From: Parcubacteria group bacterium
Lineage (GTDB): Bacteria > Patescibacteriota > Minisyncoccia > Moranbacterales > UBA2206
DNA: 64,000 nt
Direction of reading: 5' to 3'
Assembly: GCA_041659505.1 (NCBI GenBank)
Contig: JBAZYF010000005.1
Location: 57,779 to 121,778, forward strand
In this document: piece by piece, positions 28,348-41,139 of the stretch
How positions within the stretch are numbered: position 1 is the first letter of the stretch
Layout of the letters: each line of letters starts with the position of its first letter
Program-made: the position numbers and the translations under genes
Notes under the pieces: generated by a model
Database searches by the model: none
What the model was told of the DNA's origin: nothing
Seen by the model: only the letters and a program-made list of their open reading frames with translations

Positions 28348-29418
28348 ATGCTACGAACAGAACAGAAAGTAAAAAATTTACTTCGGATTGCTGCTCAGCG
28401 TGGAGCATCCGATTTGCATCTGGTGGTTGGGCGTTATCCGACGTATCGGATCGATGGGCGGCTTTATCCGCTCAACCAAGATACAATTCTCACTCCTAGC
28501 GCGACTAAAGAAATTTGTGAGGTCGTTCTGGATGAAGAAAAGAGGAAAATTTTAGAAAAAGATGGGCAAGTCGATCTTTCCTATAATTTTGAGGATAAGG
28601 TACGTTTTCGGGTCAATGCTTTTATCCAGCAGGGCTATACTAGTATTGCTTTTCGGCTTATTCCCAGAGAAATCAGAACGCTGGAAGAATTGGGCGTGCC
28701 AGAAATGCTGTATGATTTTACGACAGTGTCTCAGGGGTTATTCTTGATGGTTGGGCCAGTGGGGCATGGAAAATCAACTACTCTGGCGGCAATGCTCGAT
28801 CACATCAATCACAACCAAGAAAGGCACATTCTCACAATTGAAGATCCGATCGAATATATCTATGAACAGGATCGCTCAATTATCAACCAGCGGGAAGTTT
28901 TCCAAGACACGGATTCTTTTCAGGGAGCGCTTAAGGCGGTTTTTCGCGAGGATGCTAATGTGGTGCTTATTGGTGAATTGCGGGACTTGGATACGATTGC
29001 TACCGCAATGACGGCAGCGGAAACAGGGCATCTGATCTTTGCTACCTTGCACACCAACGATGCTCCGCAGACGATTGATCGGATCGTGGATGTTTTTCCG
29101 GCTCACCAGCAAAATCAGGTACGTTCGCAATTGGCCAATGTGCTTTTGGCTGTAGTTTCTCAGCGACTGATGACGCGTGTGGACAAGGGACGGGTTCCGG
29201 CGATCGAGATAATGATTAAGAATCATGCCGTGGAGAATTTGATCCGGGAGAATAAAAGCTATCAGATCGGCAATGTTATTGAGACCAGTTCGCAAGAAGG
29301 TATGGTCACGATGGATAAGTCTCTGGCTGATCTGGTGCGCAGGGGCCTAGTTTCTCTGGAGGTCGCCACATCTTATGCGCGTGATCAGAAAAATTTTGAA
29401 ACACTATTAAAATATTAG
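28348..29418 (+). CDS. pilT: Type IV pilus retraction ATPase PilT
   Basis: ASDLHL, GPVGHGKSTT, TIEDPIE, AETGHLIFATLHTN, AVENLIRE. Confidence 0.96.
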   Translation: MLRTEQKVKNLLRIAAQRGASDLHLVVGRYPTYRIDGRLYPLNQDTILTPSATKEICEVVLDEEKRKILEKDGQVDLSYNFEDKVRFRVNAFIQQGYTSIAFRLIPREIRTLEELGVPEMLYDFTTVSQGLFLMVGPVGHGKSTTLAAMLDHINHNQERHILTIEDPIEYIYEQDRSIINQREVFQDTDSFQGALKAVFREDANVVLIGELRDLDTIATAMTAAETGHLIFATLHTNDAPQTIDRIVDVFPAHQQNQVRSQLANVLLAVVSQRLMTRVDKGRVPAIEIMIKNHAVENLIRENKSYQIGNVIETSSQEGMVTMDKSLADLVRRGLVSLEVATSYARDQKNFETLLKY

Positions 29419-29450
29419 TCCATTTTTAGAATTAGTGGTATAATAAAAAT

Positions 29451-30659
29451 ATGAAATTTAAATTCAAAGCCAAAACAAAAACAGGAGAAACTAGTGAAGG
29501 TGTGGTGAACGCAATGAATAAAGACGCCGCCGCCGCTATTTTGCAAAAAAACGAACTCTTTCCGATCAATATTCAGGAAGAGAGTGAGAATGAGTTGATG
29601 AAAACTATCAATAAATATTATGACAAGGTGACGGATAAGGACTTGGTAGTTTTTTTTCGCCAACTGGCAATTCTCATCGAGGCACGCGTTCCGATTGTGA
29701 CGGCTCTCACTGCTATCAGCGAGCAGACGAGCGGTAATTTTTTGAAAATTATCTTGTCCGAGGCAATCAAGGACATCGAAGATGGCGTGACTCTCTCCGA
29801 CGCTTTTGCTAAGCATATGGATGTCTTTTCCACCCTATCCATCAATATCATCAAAGCAGGAGAGGCTTCAGGTAATTTGAAAAAATCTGTCGAATATGTA
29901 GCGGATAATATTGAACGGAACTATGAATTGACCAGCAAGGTTAAGTCGGCCATGATGTATCCAGCTATTGTTTTGGTGGTGTTTTTTGTGATCGGTTTTT
30001 TGGTGATCACGCTCATTATTCCAAAGCTAACAGTGATGATTAAAGATCTGAACGCGGAAGTGCCATGGTATACAAATCTGCTTATCAATATCGGTGATTT
30101 TATGGCAGTTTATTGGTGGGCAGTCTTGGTGATTATTTCTGGGATAGTTGCCGGCATCGTTTATTACATGAGCACGGTTGATGGCAGGAGAGAGTGGGAT
30201 CAGATTAAATTAAAATTACCGATCGTGGGCGTGATGTTCCGCTATATATATATCACCAGGTTTTCTGAAAATTTGCAGGTTCTTTTAGCAGGAGGGATTC
30301 CTATCATTAAGGCGCTTACAATCGTGAGTGCTGTTATTGGCAATACCGTCTATGAGGAATTGTATCTGCGGACAGCGGAAAATGTGAAAAGAGGACAGAA
30401 TATGAGCGATATCTTAACTCGGAGTCCGCTTATTCCGCCAATGGTTTCGCATATGATAAAAATCGGAGAAGAATCAGGACAAATTGATTCCGTGCTCGGA
30501 CATATTACCAAGTTCTATGGGCAAGAGGTGGAGCTGATGGCCAAAAATATGTCTACGCTGATTGAGCCGATCTTGATGATCCTGATCGGTCTTGGTGTTG
30601 GCCTTATGGCGGTCGGAGTTTTGATGCCAATCTATAATATTGCCGGTCAGATTAAATAA
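29451..30659 (+). CDS. pilC: Type IV pilus platform protein PilC (GspF family)
   Basis: [33 protein letters not shown]. Confidence 0.96.
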   Translation: MKFKFKAKTKTGETSEGVVNAMNKDAAAAILQKNELFPINIQEESENELMKTINKYYDKVTDKDLVVFFRQLAILIEARVPIVTALTAISEQTSGNFLKIILSEAIKDIEDGVTLSDAFAKHMDVFSTLSINIIKAGEASGNLKKSVEYVADNIERNYELTSKVKSAMMYPAIVLVVFFVIGFLVITLIIPKLTVMIKDLNAEVPWYTNLLINIGDFMAVYWWAVLVIISGIVAGIVYYMSTVDGRREWDQIKLKLPIVGVMFRYIYITRFSENLQVLLAGGIPIIKALTIVSAVIGNTVYEELYLRTAENVKRGQNMSDILTRSPLIPPMVSHMIKIGEESGQIDSVLGHITKFYGQEVELMAKNMSTLIEPILMILIGLGVGLMAVGVLMPIYNIAGQIK

Positions 30660-30714
30660 AAGCAAGAAGTGTGATATGATATCAAAAGGAAAAAACATAG
30701 GGCAGGCGCAATCA

Positions 30715-31107
30715 ATGCTTAATGATAAGAACTATGGTTTCACACTGATTGAGCTTCTGGTTGTGATTGCGATTATCGGAATTTTAGCCTCCATTGTGTT
30801 GGTCAGCTTGAACAGTGCCAGAGCTAAGGCGAAACAAGCTGAGTTTAAATCTGGAGTATCAAGTTTGAAATCTGCCTATCTCAGTGAGTGTAGTGATTCA
30901 CTCGGAACAACAACTGCCGTGACTCCACCACCTTCTGTTCAATCCCCGGCCTTTACGGATGAAGAGTGCGATGGAGATGGTGGGTTTTTGGATGCTATTA
31001 AGGTGACTCCGACTGATATTAGTGGTGTTCCAGCTACGTGCAAGGGAGCGACGATTACTGTTGAAGGTGCTGATTTCACTAGCGATCCTGATTATTCCTG
31101 TCCCTAA
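30715..31107 (+). CDS. Type IV pilin
   Basis: G|[20 protein letters not shown]; start ATG 30715 or 30676. Confidence 0.9.
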   Translation: MLNDKNYGFTLIELLVVIAIIGILASIVLVSLNSARAKAKQAEFKSGVSSLKSAYLSECSDSLGTTTAVTPPPSVQSPAFTDEECDGDGGFLDAIKVTPTDISGVPATCKGATITVEGADFTSDPDYSCP

Positions 31108-31263
31108 AAAAGATTATTGACTGATTTAATATAGGAATAATCTTGCCAGATCCGGCGCAGCCGGTATCCGCCTAAAACGGAATTTGGCAGGAAAAATAAA
31201 CACTTGGCAAAATCTCGAGTACTCGAGATGGCGCGAGGTAAACTAGAAGGAGAGGTGAAAAAA

Positions 31264-31737
31264 ATGAATACAAATAAAAAAGGTTTTACATTGATCGAAC
31301 TTTTGATCGTTATCGCGATCATCGGTATTTTGGCTTCAATCGTGTTGGTCAGCTTGAACTCAGCTAGAAATAAAGCTAACGCTGCAGCTATGAAATCATC
31401 GCTGTCATCATTAGCCTCAGGAGTGACATTGTGTTGCGATACAACTACCAACACGCTCTACGCAGGCGCTGGAGGCGCAGGTACTGATTTGTGTGTAGGT
31501 ACTGCTATCGGATCTGCTATGCCAGATACTCTTGATTTGAAGTTGGGTGCCTCAGGTACCGTAGCCTATACAGCACCAGCTGCTGGAAATTGTAATACAG
31601 CGACACCTTATATGGTAGCTACTGTTGATAATAGAAATAACACTGCTTGCTCAGGAACCTATTACATTTCTCCAAGTGGAATCAGGAATGGTGGTGTTTA
31701 TCCTGGAACGAATAATGGTTTTCCATCAGGATGCTAA
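31264..31737 (+). CDS. Type IV pilin, probably the major pilin
   Basis: KKG|[20 protein letters not shown]; strong GGAGAGGTG RBS; flanked by stem-loops. Confidence 0.92.
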   Translation: MNTNKKGFTLIELLIVIAIIGILASIVLVSLNSARNKANAAAMKSSLSSLASGVTLCCDTTTNTLYAGAGGAGTDLCVGTAIGSAMPDTLDLKLGASGTVAYTAPAAGNCNTATPYMVATVDNRNNTACSGTYYISPSGIRNGGVYPGTNNGFPSGC

Positions 31738-31796
31738 GCTGATTGAAATTTTCTTTGCTTGCCAATCTGCATATGCATTGGTTGGCGATAAGATCA

Positions 31797-31835
31797 AAGA
31801 GGGTAAGTTTTGCGACTTGCCCTTTTGGTTTTTTT
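31797..31835 (+). terminator. Intrinsic terminator after the major pilin
   Basis: AAGAGGGTAAGT..ACTTGCCCTTTT followed by T-rich tail. Confidence 0.7.
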
Positions 31836-31928
31836 GGCGAAGTAAGCTGTTGTATTTATTCTAAGCCGATGATATAATAAAAACATAAAGACAAGTCTTA
31901 ATCTCCGATTCTCTAAAATATACTTATT

Positions 31929-32720
31929 ATGCTTATCATCTTTTTTCTTTTTGGATTGATCATCGGCAGTTTTCTCAATGTGGTAGTCTATCGCATCAGG
32001 ACGGCCGAAACGATTTTGGGGCGGTCGCATTGCGCGCATTGTAAGAAAATGATTCATTGGTATGATAATATTCCGCTAATCAGTTTTGTACTTCTAAAAT
32101 TCAAGTGTCGAGAATGCGGGGAAAGAATTTCTTGGCAGTATCCACTAGTAGAATTTTTTACCGGCATTGCGTTTATGCTTTTGGGTGGAAAGTTTTTTGT
32201 CTTAACTGATTCGGCTACTTGGTTTTTTACTTTCTATTATCTCACAATTGTCTCCGCGTTGATCGTTATCCTTATTTATGATTTGCTTTATTTGGAAATT
32301 CCCAGTATCGTGCTTTGGACAACGGTCGGTTTTGCTATTTTTTGCAACCTCTTGATTGATTTTCAAATGGCGAATTTTAATGGCAGTATCCTGAATAATT
32401 TGACTTATTCCGGTACGTTGGCTGCTTTTGTGGCGTTCATATCCTTTTTCCTGCTATCTTCTCTTTCCAGGGAAAAGTTTATGGGAATGGGCGATGCTTT
32501 TTTGGTCATTCTTATCGGATTGGTTTTGGGCTGGCCCAAAATTCTCTTGGGGCTGTTTTTGGCTTTTGCAATTGGGGCGATTTGTGGTATAGTTTTAGTG
32601 AGCCTGAAGAAGAAAAAAATGGGCAGTCAGATTCCTTTCGCTCCATTTTTGGCCGTGGGAGCAATCATTTCGATGCTTTATTACACACCTATCGTTAGTT
32701 GGTATTTGAAATTTTTCTAA
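31929..32720 (+). CDS. pilD: Prepilin peptidase PilD
   Basis: GSFLNVVVYR, CAHC..CREC, SWQYPLVE, MGMGD, IPFAPFL. Confidence 0.95.
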   Translation: MLIIFFLFGLIIGSFLNVVVYRIRTAETILGRSHCAHCKKMIHWYDNIPLISFVLLKFKCRECGERISWQYPLVEFFTGIAFMLLGGKFFVLTDSATWFFTFYYLTIVSALIVILIYDLLYLEIPSIVLWTTVGFAIFCNLLIDFQMANFNGSILNNLTYSGTLAAFVAFISFFLLSSLSREKFMGMGDAFLVILIGLVLGWPKILLGLFLAFAIGAICGIVLVSLKKKKMGSQIPFAPFLAVGAIISMLYYTPIVSWYLKFF

Positions 32721-33212
32721 ATGATGCAAGATAAACTAAAAATAAACAGAAAAAAGAGGCAGAAAGGTTTCACTTTTGTTGAGGTGATAATTGTGATTGG
32801 TATTGTTGGAATCATGCTTTCAATCGGGTTTGTTTCTTTGCGGCCAGCTCAGGATTTAGCTAAACTCAAGGCGGCACAGTCGGAAGTGGCGGCGGACATC
32901 AAGCAAGCGCAGAGTAACGCCTTGCAGGGGAAAATGACAGGAGGATCCGTGCCGAAATATTATGGAGTGCGCTTTAATGCTGATGGGAAAACCTACTATC
33001 TCTGCTACAGTAATATTCTAACTAGTTGCAATAATATTATTTATACGCAAAAGTTAAAAGACGGGGTCGCTTCTAATGCTGGCGGAAAAATGATGATGTT
33101 TGATGTTCCGAACGGAAATTATAAGTCTGCTGCTTTAGTAATAACCTTTACTCTTAATACAAAAACAAAAACTGTGACAATTGGAGCAAATGGATCAATT
33201 GCGCAAAATTAA
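32721..33212 (+). CDS. Minor pilin (FimT/GspH-like)
   Basis: KG|FTFVEVIIV; IKQAQSNAL. Confidence 0.85.
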   Translation: MMQDKLKINRKKRQKGFTFVEVIIVIGIVGIMLSIGFVSLRPAQDLAKLKAAQSEVAADIKQAQSNALQGKMTGGSVPKYYGVRFNADGKTYYLCYSNILTSCNNIIYTQKLKDGVASNAGGKMMMFDVPNGNYKSAALVITFTLNTKTKTVTIGANGSIAQN

Positions 33213-33221
33213 GTTGAAAAA

Positions 33222-33794
33222 ATGTTGAAAAAAAACAAGAAGCACAATTATGCCGGTTTTTCTTTCATGGAAGTGATGCTTTCAGTGGCAGTCCTGTCGA
33301 TCGGTGTCATGGGTGTTTTGCCGCTTTTTACTTCCGCACTGAGACAGTCGCTTGACAGTCGCGATCAGATTATTGGAGCTATGCTTGCGCAAGAGGGAGT
33401 AGAATTGGTACAAAATCTTCGGGATAATAACTTTAAAAATAGAGTAGATGCATTTTCTGGGGCATTTCCTGCTGATGATACCGTTAATTGTCGGATTGAT
33501 TTTCAGTCTGCATTAGACTGCTCATCGACATTGTTTAGACTTTATGCTGATAATGTGACAAATTTCTATAAACATTCAACAACTTCCGCAACAATTACAA
33601 AATTTCGAAGAAGAGTAAATATAGACTACTCGCTAATTGACGGTTCTGATTCAGATGCTGAAAATGCCGCAAAAGCCAAGGTCTATGTCACTGCGGGTTG
33701 GGGGGCCGCTGGACTGCCCAGTTCTCCTAATTCTAGCAATTGCAATACCAATAATAAATGCGCTTTTGCTATTGTAACGTTAACAAAATGGTAA
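33222..33794 (+). CDS. Minor pilin (PilV-like)
   Basis: G|FSFMEVMLS; AMLAQEGVELVQNLRD. Confidence 0.85.
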   Translation: MLKKNKKHNYAGFSFMEVMLSVAVLSIGVMGVLPLFTSALRQSLDSRDQIIGAMLAQEGVELVQNLRDNNFKNRVDAFSGAFPADDTVNCRIDFQSALDCSSTLFRLYADNVTNFYKHSTTSATITKFRRRVNIDYSLIDGSDSDAENAAKAKVYVTAGWGAAGLPSSPNSSNCNTNNKCAFAIVTLTKW

Positions 33795-34348
33795 AAAAAC
33801 TAAAAAAGGGCAGGAAAAATTATTATGGTTTTTCAATGTTGGAAGTAATGATTTCCGTTTCTATTTTTACCGTGGTGATTTTTGCTGTGACTGCTACTTA
33901 TGCGAGAACTTTTAGCGCTGGCCAGAAAAGTCGCATCGTGCAGCGTAATATGGAAGCAAGTCGCACAGCTATGGAAGCTATGGCTAAAAATATGCGGATG
34001 AGTACTAAATTAATGGTGGATGCGACCAAAAAGACAGTAATAATGTTTAATAATTCTCAAGCCACATGCATCAGATATAGCTTTACTGGAGGGAGCCTGA
34101 CAAGTCTTTTTTATCCTTCAGATCCAGCCTACTCGCCAGGTGATTTGGAATATCCCGATTGTAGTACGGCCAGCGGGACTCCGACTGAGCTAATTTCTGC
34201 GGATGTGGATGGAATTTTTGAGGTTACGCCGACTTCGGCTACTCCCAAAGTCGTAGGCAAGGCAACTGTCCTACTCAATATTGGCAATGGTGTGGATGCC
34301 CAGCATATCCAAACCAGTATTTCTTTCCGAGATTTTGACTACGAATAG
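33788..34348 (+). CDS. Minor pilin (PilW/GspJ-like)
   Basis: G|FSMLEVMIS; AMEAMAKNMRM. Confidence 0.85.
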   Translation: MVKKLKKGRKNYYGFSMLEVMISVSIFTVVIFAVTATYARTFSAGQKSRIVQRNMEASRTAMEAMAKNMRMSTKLMVDATKKTVIMFNNSQATCIRYSFTGGSLTSLFYPSDPAYSPGDLEYPDCSTASGTPTELISADVDGIFEVTPTSATPKVVGKATVLLNIGNGVDAQHIQTSISFRDFDYE

Positions 34349-34463
34349 CTATCTATGTTTGCTAGTCTCCACGCTGGATATTGTGATAAGAGTGAAATAA
34401 TTAATTTAAATTTTTCAAAGGAGTCCCGGTCTTTTTTTAGGGCCAGAACTTCAAAATAAAAAG

Positions 34464-37801
<3,338 letters not shown>

Positions 37802-37803
<2 letters not shown>

Positions 37804-37940
37804 TAATTTTTAATTTTTAATTTTTAATTTTGTAAATAAATCTTAATTTTTAATGTTTAAACCAGCGTAAACAAGTTGGTTTAAAAATTCTAGCATTAAA
37901 AATTATTTAAAAATTACAAAATTACAAAATTACAAAATTA
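37802..37940. repeat. Inverted heptamer-repeat element
   Basis: (AATTTTT)n left arm, short CCAGC..GTTGG core, (AAAATTAC/AAAAATT)n right arm. Confidence 0.75.
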
Positions 37941-37947
37941 TTATCAG

Positions 37948-39411
37948 ATGATAAGAGAATTGCATAATAAATTAGTTAACAAAGAAATAACTTCTGTTGA
38001 TTTAACGCAACAGTATTTCGACGTGATTGAAAAAAAAGACAAAGATATTTTTGCCTATCTAACTTTGACCAAAGATTTAGCTTTAGTCCAAGCCAGGGCA
38101 GTCGATGAGAAAATTGCGCGCGGCGAAAAAATAGAATTACTTGAGGGAATTCCAGGAGCAATCAAGGACAATCTTTGTATTGCCGGGGTGCGGACAACTG
38201 CTTCTTCTAAAATTCTAGATAATTATATCGCCCCCTACGATGCGACAGTAATTGAAAAGCTGAAAGAAGCTGGCGCGGTATTTCTGGGAAAGACCAATCT
38301 GGACGAATTTGCGATGGGATCCTCGACGGAAAATAGCGCTTATGGCCCGACTAAAAATCCGCGTGATTTGACGCGTGTGCCAGGCGGTTCATCAGGTGGA
38401 TCGGCAGCGGCCGTGGCATCAGGCGAGGCTGTTTGGGCATTAGGAACGGACACGGGCGGATCAATCCGTGAACCAGCTTCCTTTTGCGGGTTGGTGGGAC
38501 TGAAACCAACCTATGGCCGTGTTTCTCGTTATGGGGCAATTGCCATGGCATCGAGCCTTGATCAGATCGGACCAATCACGAAAACCGTCGAAGACGCGGC
38601 AATCGTTCTGAGCATCATTGCCGGGCAAGATAAAATGGATGCAACAAGTGCGCATAGCGCGGGTAAGGATTATACGAATTATCTGACCGGAGAAGTGAAG
38701 GGTCTGCGGATCGGGATCGTATTGGAACATATCTCCGGATTGGGCGAGCAAGAACAAAAATCGATCAACGCCGTGGTTGAGACTTATAAAAAACTGGGCG
38801 CAGAAATCGTAGAGATTGAATTGCCTCATTCCAAATATTCTCTGGCGACCTATTATATCATCCAGCCTTGTGAAGTCAGTTCCAATTTGGCGCGTTATGA
38901 TGGCATTCGCTATGGACTTTCGATCAACGATGAAAAGGATGAGGTGAATTCCAATCTTTCGGAAAACGGACTGCCAAAGAAATTATTGGAAACGTATCTT
39001 GACTCTCGTCACTATGGTCTGGGCAAGGAAGTGCAGAGGCGGATCATGTTGGGAGCTTATTCGCTTTCCTCCGGGTACTATGATGCCTATTATCTCAAAG
39101 CGCAAAAAGTACGGACACTAATCAAACAGGATTTTGAGAAAGCGTTCGAGAAAGTCGATTTGATTCTCATGCCAACCGCGCCGACCCCCGCTTTTAAGAT
39201 CGGTGAAAAAACGCAAGACCCGTTGGAGATGTATCTAGCTGATATGTTTTCTATCACCGCCAATATTGTCGGAGTGCCGGCAATTTCCCTGCCTGCTCCG
39301 GAAGTTGAAGTTGATAATAAATCACTTCCGTTCGGATTTCAATTGATGGCCAAATGGTTTGATGAAGAAAACCTGCTCCGCGCGGCGCATGCTTACGAGA
39401 TCAATAAATAA
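37948..39411 (+). CDS. gatA: Asp/Glu-tRNA amidotransferase subunit A
   Basis: GKTNLDEFAMGSSTENS, PGGSSGGSAAAV, GTDTGGSIREPA, SSNLARYDG. Confidence 0.98.
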   Translation: MIRELHNKLVNKEITSVDLTQQYFDVIEKKDKDIFAYLTLTKDLALVQARAVDEKIARGEKIELLEGIPGAIKDNLCIAGVRTTASSKILDNYIAPYDATVIEKLKEAGAVFLGKTNLDEFAMGSSTENSAYGPTKNPRDLTRVPGGSSGGSAAAVASGEAVWALGTDTGGSIREPASFCGLVGLKPTYGRVSRYGAIAMASSLDQIGPITKTVEDAAIVLSIIAGQDKMDATSAHSAGKDYTNYLTGEVKGLRIGIVLEHISGLGEQEQKSINAVVETYKKLGAEIVEIELPHSKYSLATYYIIQPCEVSSNLARYDGIRYGLSINDEKDEVNSNLSENGLPKKLLETYLDSRHYGLGKEVQRRIMLGAYSLSSGYYDAYYLKAQKVRTLIKQDFEKAFEKVDLILMPTAPTPAFKIGEKTQDPLEMYLADMFSITANIVGVPAISLPAPEVEVDNKSLPFGFQLMAKWFDEENLLRAAHAYEINK

Positions 39412-39428
39412 TTTTTACCAAAATAAAA

Positions 39429-39968
39429 ATGGACGTACTTTTGGAAAATTTTTCCAGCGGACTCATTGCTCTAGCAAAAGCTTTTTCCACCTCAATGACT
39501 TTTGCGGCTATCAAACTGTTTTTGGAAGTTTATGTCATCGTGATGTTTGTTGATCTTGTGTTAATGCTCAAACAGCGCGGTTTGGGCGCTGACATCAGGG
39601 ATACTCTGGTCGGAATGAATATTCCGTCAGAGTTCGGAAATCGAAAAAATAAGTTGCGGGCCAAATGGGCGAAAGTAAGGGTGAGGCTTGAGAGCAAGAA
39701 CGAATCAGAATATAAGGTGGCGATAATTGAGGCGGACAACATCATTGATAATCTTGTCGCTCGGATGAATTATAAAGGAACAAATTTGACTGAGCGGTTG
39801 GACAGTATCACTCCTGGGCAAATTGAAAATATCGAAGATCTGCGCAAAGCGCATGAAATTAGGAACCGGATCATCCATGACGAAACTTTTGTCCTCACTA
39901 AAGCAGAAGCGGAAAAAATCTTCGGGTATTATGAAGATTTTCTGCGATTTTTCATGGTTTTGGATTAA
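39429..39968 (+). CDS. Membrane-anchored helical protein (DUF4145/HEPN-like)
   Basis: TM followed by AIIEADN..ERL..AHEIRNRIIH (Rx4H). Confidence 0.6.
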   Translation: MDVLLENFSSGLIALAKAFSTSMTFAAIKLFLEVYVIVMFVDLVLMLKQRGLGADIRDTLVGMNIPSEFGNRKNKLRAKWAKVRVRLESKNESEYKVAIIEADNIIDNLVARMNYKGTNLTERLDSITPGQIENIEDLRKAHEIRNRIIHDETFVLTKAEAEKIFGYYEDFLRFFMVLD

Positions 39969-40030
39969 ATCACTGCTTTGTTGACGTTTGGTTTTTTTTG
40001 GGTTAGAATGGATAATAGTTCGAAAAAGAT

Positions 40031-40102
40031 AGCGGGATGGAGCAATGGCAGCTCGTCTGGCTCATAACCAGAAGGTTGTAGGTTCGAATCCTACTCCCGC
40101 AA
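40031..40102 (+). tRNA. tRNA-fMet (CAT), initiator
   Basis: 1:72 mismatch, GGAGCA..GCTCGTC D-arm, CTCATAA loop, TTCGAAT; CCA not encoded. Confidence 0.9.
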
Positions 40103-40185
40103 CATAGTAGTATTTGGTATCCTGACGTATCTGGCATTGTTTTTTTACTGCTAAATACAAATTACAAAATACCGGACACTGATGA

Positions 40186-40259
40186 GGCAGGGTAGCTCAG
40201 CCGGTTAGAGCGCAGCACTCATAACGCTGAGGTCGTGAGTTCGAGTCTCACCCCTGCTA
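40186..40259 (+). tRNA. tRNA-Met (CAT), probably elongator
   Basis: GGCAGGG/CCCTGCT acceptor stem, CTCATAA loop; lacks the C4:G69 and C5:G68 pairs typical of Ile2. Confidence 0.85.
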
Positions 40260-40261
40260 CA

Positions 40262-40361
40262 AAAAAAATTAAAATTAAAAAATCAAAGTGAAAAATTTAG
40301 GAAAATTGTCGCGAAGCGACTCCTTATTTTTTCATTTTGAGATTTGCATTTTACATTTGCA
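40262..40361. repeat. Inverted heptamer-type element between tRNAs
   Basis: A-rich periodic left arm, GTCGCGAAGCGAC hairpin core, T-rich periodic right arm (ATTTTGC/ATTTTAC). Confidence 0.6.
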
Positions 40362-40363
40362 AC

Positions 40364-40437
40364 GGGGGCGTAGCTCAGTTGGTTAGAGCGACTGCCTGTC
40401 ACGCAGTAGGTCACCGGTTCGAGTCCGGCCGTCCCCG
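40364..40437 (+). tRNA. tRNA-Asp (GTC)
   Basis: GGGGGCG/CGTCCCC acceptor stem, CTGTCAC loop, G73. Confidence 0.95.
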
Positions 40438-40618
40438 CAGTTGATTTAGTGGCTTAATTCAGGCCTCTTTTTCGATGGGGAAAACGGTGCCTCGAACATT
40501 ATTCCGATCTAGTTGACAAAATCGACTTTTCGCGGTAGAGTGTTAAATCAGAATATGACGGCACATTAACAACATTCAGCGCATATTTGCGCTTTTAGCT
40601 TATCTAGGGAGGGAGAAT

Positions 40619-41110
40619 ATGAACGCTGTGAAATTAAGAAGATTTTCCAAGTTTGGAGCGGTTTATTGCTTGGTTGTGGCGATAATATGGTCATTTGACT
40701 ATATCTATATGCCGTGGCTGGCAATTAAGTTCCAATACTTTGCGACTATTCCGCTTTTCTTTTCCATTTTGCTGGCTTGCTGGGGCGGATTATATCTATA
40801 TGATTTTTTTGATGAAGATGTTTTTTTTATCAGGAAGATTCGACCTTGGCTGGAAAGGAAAAGCTCATGGAAGTTAATCGAATGGACAAAGCGGATGATC
40901 CGCCAAAGTCCCAATGCGACTTTTGTTGCCATTTCGGCTTGGTGGAGTCCCTTGCATGCCTATCTTTTTTTCAGAATGGAAGGGGACAATTCTGCGGGGG
41001 CTTTGGTGAAAATTATTGAAGGATCAATCTATTGTGCCATTTTTTGGAGCATCGTGATTGATCTTATCGTTTTCATTTGGGAATATACAAAAATATGGCT
41101 TAAAATATAG
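40619..41110 (+). CDS. Hypothetical multi-TM membrane protein
   Basis: Own promoter, GGGAGGGAG RBS, several hydrophobic helices. Confidence 0.7.
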   Translation: MNAVKLRRFSKFGAVYCLVVAIIWSFDYIYMPWLAIKFQYFATIPLFFSILLACWGGLYLYDFFDEDVFFIRKIRPWLERKSSWKLIEWTKRMIRQSPNATFVAISAWWSPLHAYLFFRMEGDNSAGALVKIIEGSIYCAIFWSIVIDLIVFIWEYTKIWLKI

Positions 41111-41139
41111 CTGTGGCTTTCTGCCAAAAGGGGGTGATT

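Noticed and set aside
31205-31240. c-di-GMP-I (GEMM) riboswitch before the major pilin (GGCAAA..GGCGCGAG)
   Set aside because: No GNRA tetraloop, no P3 or tetraloop receptor; only a perfect palindrome.
30715-31400. Pilin antigenic-variation cassette or DGR target
   Set aside because: Similarity is limited to the conserved N-terminal helix; no reverse transcriptase or adenine-specific repeat pair was seen.
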